Under the pieces are notes generated by a model. It had not been told where the DNA came from. It made no database searches and saw only the letters and a program-made list of their open reading frames with translations. 64,000 nt of DNA from an uncultured Clostridia bacterium. GTDB taxonomy: Bacteria > Bacillota > Clostridia > Christensenellales > UBA3700. Both the position numbers and the translations under genes were made by a program. Where the stretch lies: assembly GCA_944381275.1 (NCBI GenBank), contig CALWKO010000001.1, positions 25,342 through 89,341 of the forward strand, given 5' to 3'. Below are positions 60,747 to 64,000 of the stretch, one piece after another (within the stretch, counting starts at the first letter, position 1; each line of letters opens with the position of its first letter).

Positions 60747-63194
60747 TCATTCGTCAATGGCGGGAATTTTCCCCTTTAAGAGCAGGACGTTTTTCAAGGT
60801 GTTCACTGCCGTGCGCTGAAGCTCGCCCAAGGTGATGCCGCCCTCCTTGCCCAGCGTTTTGAGCAAGGTGCCGTCGGAGGTGTACTTTTTGGCGGCAAAG
60901 CTCATATTGCCCGGCATAAAGACGTCAACTTGCGCGCGCACGCGGTAGGCGTTGTCGCGGATGGCGGGGAATTCCGGGCTGGCGCTCTTCCTCATCCACC
61001 AATCGGTGATGACGAGTCCGCCATACTTCCACTCGCCGCGCAGCACGGTGGTGGCGAGGTCGTAATTATAGTGGCTCCACACGCCGTTTATCTTGTTATA
61101 CGAGGTCATTATGCAATGGGGAGCGCTCTCCTTCACGCATATTTCAAAGCCCTTCAAATATATCTCGCGCAGGGCGCGTTCGGAAACGCGACTGTCGTTG
61201 TAATTCCTGTTCACTTCCTGGTTGTTGCAGGCAAAATGCTTGGGGCAGGCGGATACGCCCTTGCTCTGCACGCCGCTCACCATAGCCGCCGCCATCTTGC
61301 CGGTAAGGAGAGGATCTTCGGAAAAATATTCAAAGTTCCTGCCGCACAGCGGATCGCGCTGGATGTTCATACCGGGGGCAAGCAGCACTTGCGTGCCCTG
61401 CACTTTCATCTCCTCGCCCACTCGGGCGTAAAGCTCCTTAACGAGGGCGGGATTCCAGCTTGCGGCAAGCGCGGTGCCGCAGGGCAAGAGCGCGGTGCGC
61501 GCGTTTAACCTTATGCCCGCGGGTCCGTCCGTGGTGGTCACGGCGGGCACGCCCTTCTTTTCCAGCGAGGGGATGACTCCGCCGTATACGCCCGCATTGC
61601 CGGCGGGACCCTGCTTTGCGCCCATGCACCCGTAGCCGCGGGTGAGAGCTTCCAATTCCTTGGGATTTAGGGCGGCTACGAATTCCTCAACGGTGGCTTT
61701 GCCCTGCATGACGTCGTGGAAGTCTATCTCCTTATTCCCACCCTCTATCGCCTTGGGCATATTCTTCAAGATGCGCTCCTTCAAGTCGTAATCGATGAGC
61801 GGAACGACGGCACGCTTTTGCACTGTCTTGCCGCCTTCTTGCGCGGCGATTAAGCGTTCGAACTTCTCCTTTACGCCGCATACGCCCTGCCAGCGGTTCA
61901 CCACCTCAAGCGCGGGCTGAACGTGCTCACCCGCCTTCTTCACATCCGCGCTGCTGTTGCCGATGAGGAAAGTATAAACGCCTTCTTCCAGCACATAGCA
62001 ATGTTTGTTGCCTGTTGCGCCGCTGTCGTCGTAGCTAGCCAAATCGGCGATATTCACGCGTATTTCGCCCTCTTCTTCCTCGCCCGCTTTCAGCTCGCCC
62101 GTCTTGTAAAAGCCGACAAGCGAGAGCGCGGCTTTGCCCAGCTTGCCTTGCGGCGCGCTCACATAGAGCTGCACCACTTCCTTGCCGCTCACATTGCCGA
62201 CGTTCTTCACCTTAAAGGGGCAAACGGCAGCGCCGCCTTCTTCCTTGAATTCCCCCGCGGTTATGGCGAATCGCGTATAAGAAAGCCCATAACCGAAGGA
62301 ATAGAGCGCCCTATCATTTGCAAAAGTGGAAAAATAGCGGTAGCCGACAAAGATGTCCTCTTTGTAAAAATTAAAGTCCTTATTGCCGAAGTTTGAAGAG
62401 GATGGATAGTCGGAATAACTTTTTGCAATCGTCACCGGCAGCTTGCCGCAGGGGGAGGATTTGCCGGAAAGTATGTTTGCTAGGGCGTGCCCCGTTTCCA
62501 TTCCGCCCTGCCAGCCGTAGACGAGCGCAGAGATCTTGCCCTTATATTTTTCCGTCCAGGAAAGGTCGATAACATTGCCGCAATTGAGCACGACCGCCGT
62601 CTTTTTAAAGGCGGAAGTCACCTTGCTCAGCATATCAAGTTCGGCGTCGGTGAGGTAGTAACTGCCCTTTTCAAGGGTGTTTTCCCTGTCCTCGCCCGCG
62701 GCGCGCCCGATGATAACCAGCGCCGTGGAGTTGCGCTTTGCCGCCTCCCGAACTGCCTCGGCGCTCAGCGGCATTTCCGGATAGTTCATCGGCCAATGCC
62801 CCCAAAAGCCTTCGTTGGGCACATTCTTTTTACACCAATTGCGGTAGGTCTGCGCCAAGTCCTTATCCACGGCGTACTCGCCCTGAGCTTCCTCTAAACC
62901 TTGAAGTATGCTCACCTTGTAGGGCGCTTTCACGTCGCCGCCGCTGCCGTACCCCACATAAAAACTGTTCACCTGGCAGCGCCCGAACACCGCCACACTG
63001 CCGCGCAGAGGCAGTGCGCCGTCGTTTTCCAAGAGCACGACGCCTTCTTGCGCCGCGGCGAGCGCAAGACGCGCTTCTTCGGCGGAAAACTTTGCCTCGC
63101 CTTCGCCCTTGGTGGAGTCCTGCGCGAGTCCGCTGCCGAACATCTTGTTGATGAGTTTTTGAAATGAGCTTGCTATTTTGTCGAATACGTTCAT
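60747..63194 (-). CDS. GH3 beta-glucosidase-type glycoside hydrolase with permuted domain order
   Basis: The N-terminal part carries the alpha/beta-sandwich motifs (VLLENDGALPL, FGYGLSYTRF) and an FnIII-like VKNVGNVSGKEVVQLYV. The C-terminal part carries the barrel motifs (NIQRDPLCGRNFEYFSEDP, KHFACNNQE, GLVITDWW). Confidence 0.85.
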   Translation of the reverse strand: MNVFDKIASSFQKLINKMFGSGLAQDSTKGEGEAKFSAEEARLALAAAQEGVVLLENDGALPLRGSVAVFGRCQVNSFYVGYGSGGDVKAPYKVSILQGLEEAQGEYAVDKDLAQTYRNWCKKNVPNEGFWGHWPMNYPEMPLSAEAVREAAKRNSTALVIIGRAAGEDRENTLEKGSYYLTDAELDMLSKVTSAFKKTAVVLNCGNVIDLSWTEKYKGKISALVYGWQGGMETGHALANILSGKSSPCGKLPVTIAKSYSDYPSSSNFGNKDFNFYKEDIFVGYRYFSTFANDRALYSFGYGLSYTRFAITAGEFKEEGGAAVCPFKVKNVGNVSGKEVVQLYVSAPQGKLGKAALSLVGFYKTGELKAGEEEEGEIRVNIADLASYDDSGATGNKHCYVLEEGVYTFLIGNSSADVKKAGEHVQPALEVVNRWQGVCGVKEKFERLIAAQEGGKTVQKRAVVPLIDYDLKERILKNMPKAIEGGNKEIDFHDVMQGKATVEEFVAALNPKELEALTRGYGCMGAKQGPAGNAGVYGGVIPSLEKKGVPAVTTTDGPAGIRLNARTALLPCGTALAASWNPALVKELYARVGEEMKVQGTQVLLAPGMNIQRDPLCGRNFEYFSEDPLLTGKMAAAMVSGVQSKGVSACPKHFACNNQEVNRNYNDSRVSERALREIYLKGFEICVKESAPHCIMTSYNKINGVWSHYNYDLATTVLRGEWKYGGLVITDWWMRKSASPEFPAIRDNAYRVRAQVDVFMPGNMSFAAKKYTSDGTLLKTLGKEGGITLGELQRTAVNTLKNVLLLKGKIPAIDE

Positions 63195-63278
63195 AATGTC
63201 CCCTGTAATCCCGTGCGGGAGTTTTTATTTATTTTATCACATTACAAGCCGTTCGTATATCAAAAGCGTCACCTATTT

Positions 63279-64000
63279 TTACATTATTGTATATTTATTT
63301 GCGCGCTCGCGCTTTTTCCTGCGCCTGACGAGAATTACCGTGACCGTCACCGCGGCGGCGAGCACTTCACCTTCGTCGATAACTAGATTATCCCTCTTAT
63401 ATGCTGAGCTGAATTGGTCGTTAAGCGGAGACCTTGAAGTGTGGAAGTACGGATTATATGCCGCTTCAATACTGCTGCCATTTGCCTTGTCCAACACAAA
63501 CTTATTGCCTTTGCGTATAAGATCAGGGCGTTCGTCTGCCTGTTCCCACCTGCCAAGTTCTGATGCCATAACAAGCTGATGAGAGCCGTCTTCACTCTTA
63601 ACCTTTGCAGCCATAGGCGGATAAAGTTTGCCGTCTATTATCTGCATCGCACGATAAACGGTTATTGTATCCTGCTTTTCCAAAAACTCCCTTGTTTCTC
63701 TGCCGGGGAGGGAGTAATGTATGCCGTTTTTAGGTTCAATAAAATTATTTGAATTTTTATTGACATCGCCTTCTTCTTGCGATATATTATTAGTGGTAGC
63801 TGATGCGGCTGCTTTCCTACGGTCATATGCCGTATCAGTAGCATCAGCTACTATTTCTGTTTGTTGAATTCTAACAATATCATACAAGAAAGCGTTCCTT
63901 TCTTTGTCTGTGCCAACTATTACCTCTGCTTGATATCCATTCTCCCCAACCTTAAAATTGACGATCCCTCTTGCAAACTCTACAAAATCGTTATGCTTTC
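63279..64000 (-). CDS. 3' part of a larger AT-rich gene that continues beyond the right window edge; function unknown; GC-rich hydrophobic/basic tail
   Basis: The track ORF starts at a TTG at 63887, but I checked that the same frame stays open to base 64000 (...KHNDFVEFARGIVNFKVGENGYQAEVIVGTDKERNAFLYDIVRIQQTE...). The composition differs clearly from the rest of the window. Confidence 0.6.
   Translation of the reverse strand, partial: KHNDFVEFARGIVNFKVGENGYQAEVIVGTDKERNAFLYDIVRIQQTEIVADATDTAYDRRKAAASATTNNISQEEGDVNKNSNNFIEPKNGIHYSLPGRETREFLEKQDTITVYRAMQIIDGKLYPPMAAKVKSEDGSHQLVMASELGRWEQADERPDLIRKGNKFVLDKANGSSIEAAYNPYFHTSRSPLNDQFSSAYKRDNLVIDEGEVLAAAVTVTVILVRRRKKRERANKYTIM

Overview
This is a 64-kb chromosomal window from a moderately GC-rich genome that looks Gram-positive or Clostridia-like. 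That placement is an inference from GGAGG ribosome-binding sites, comFC, a tsaC/ywlE/rpiB-type cluster and V-type ATPase genes. Nearly all genes are on the minus strand. The left 12.8 kb is housekeeping: V-ATPase subunits (subunit I was found by hand because it runs off the window edge), rpiB, a low-molecular-weight (LMW) phosphatase, tsaC, a ZIP transporter, manA, an OmpR/HisKA two-component pair, a GH13 glucosidase and comFC. It also holds an unusual membrane-tethered YegP/DUF1508 protein carrying a 14 x 27-bp repeat. The centre (about 12.9-49.0 kb, roughly 55% of the window) appears to be one operon. It encodes a 7,113-aa lipoprotein built from a roughly 300-aa module I cannot assign to any family, a 4,332-aa repeat adhesin with a membrane anchor at both ends, and a translationally coupled 175-aa lipoprotein. 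The operon is preceded by a 1.2-kb AT-rich ORF-free leader with three direct repeats and by an orphan atypical OmpR-type regulator. It ends at a strong terminator. This operon is the best candidate for something undescribed. The right 15 kb carries a MarR regulator plus a heterodimeric ABC exporter, a BspA-type LRR lipoprotein, an MFS transporter, ASCH and methyltransferase genes, an AEC transporter, a pair of tiny acidic proteins (one with a canonical EF-hand loop) and a domain-permuted GH3 glycosidase. At the right edge an AT-rich, apparently foreign gene fragment has a GC-rich chimeric tail. I found no rRNA, tRNA, CRISPR array, transposase or integrase. All calls come from reading the sequence and the ORF track by eye; no database search was possible.
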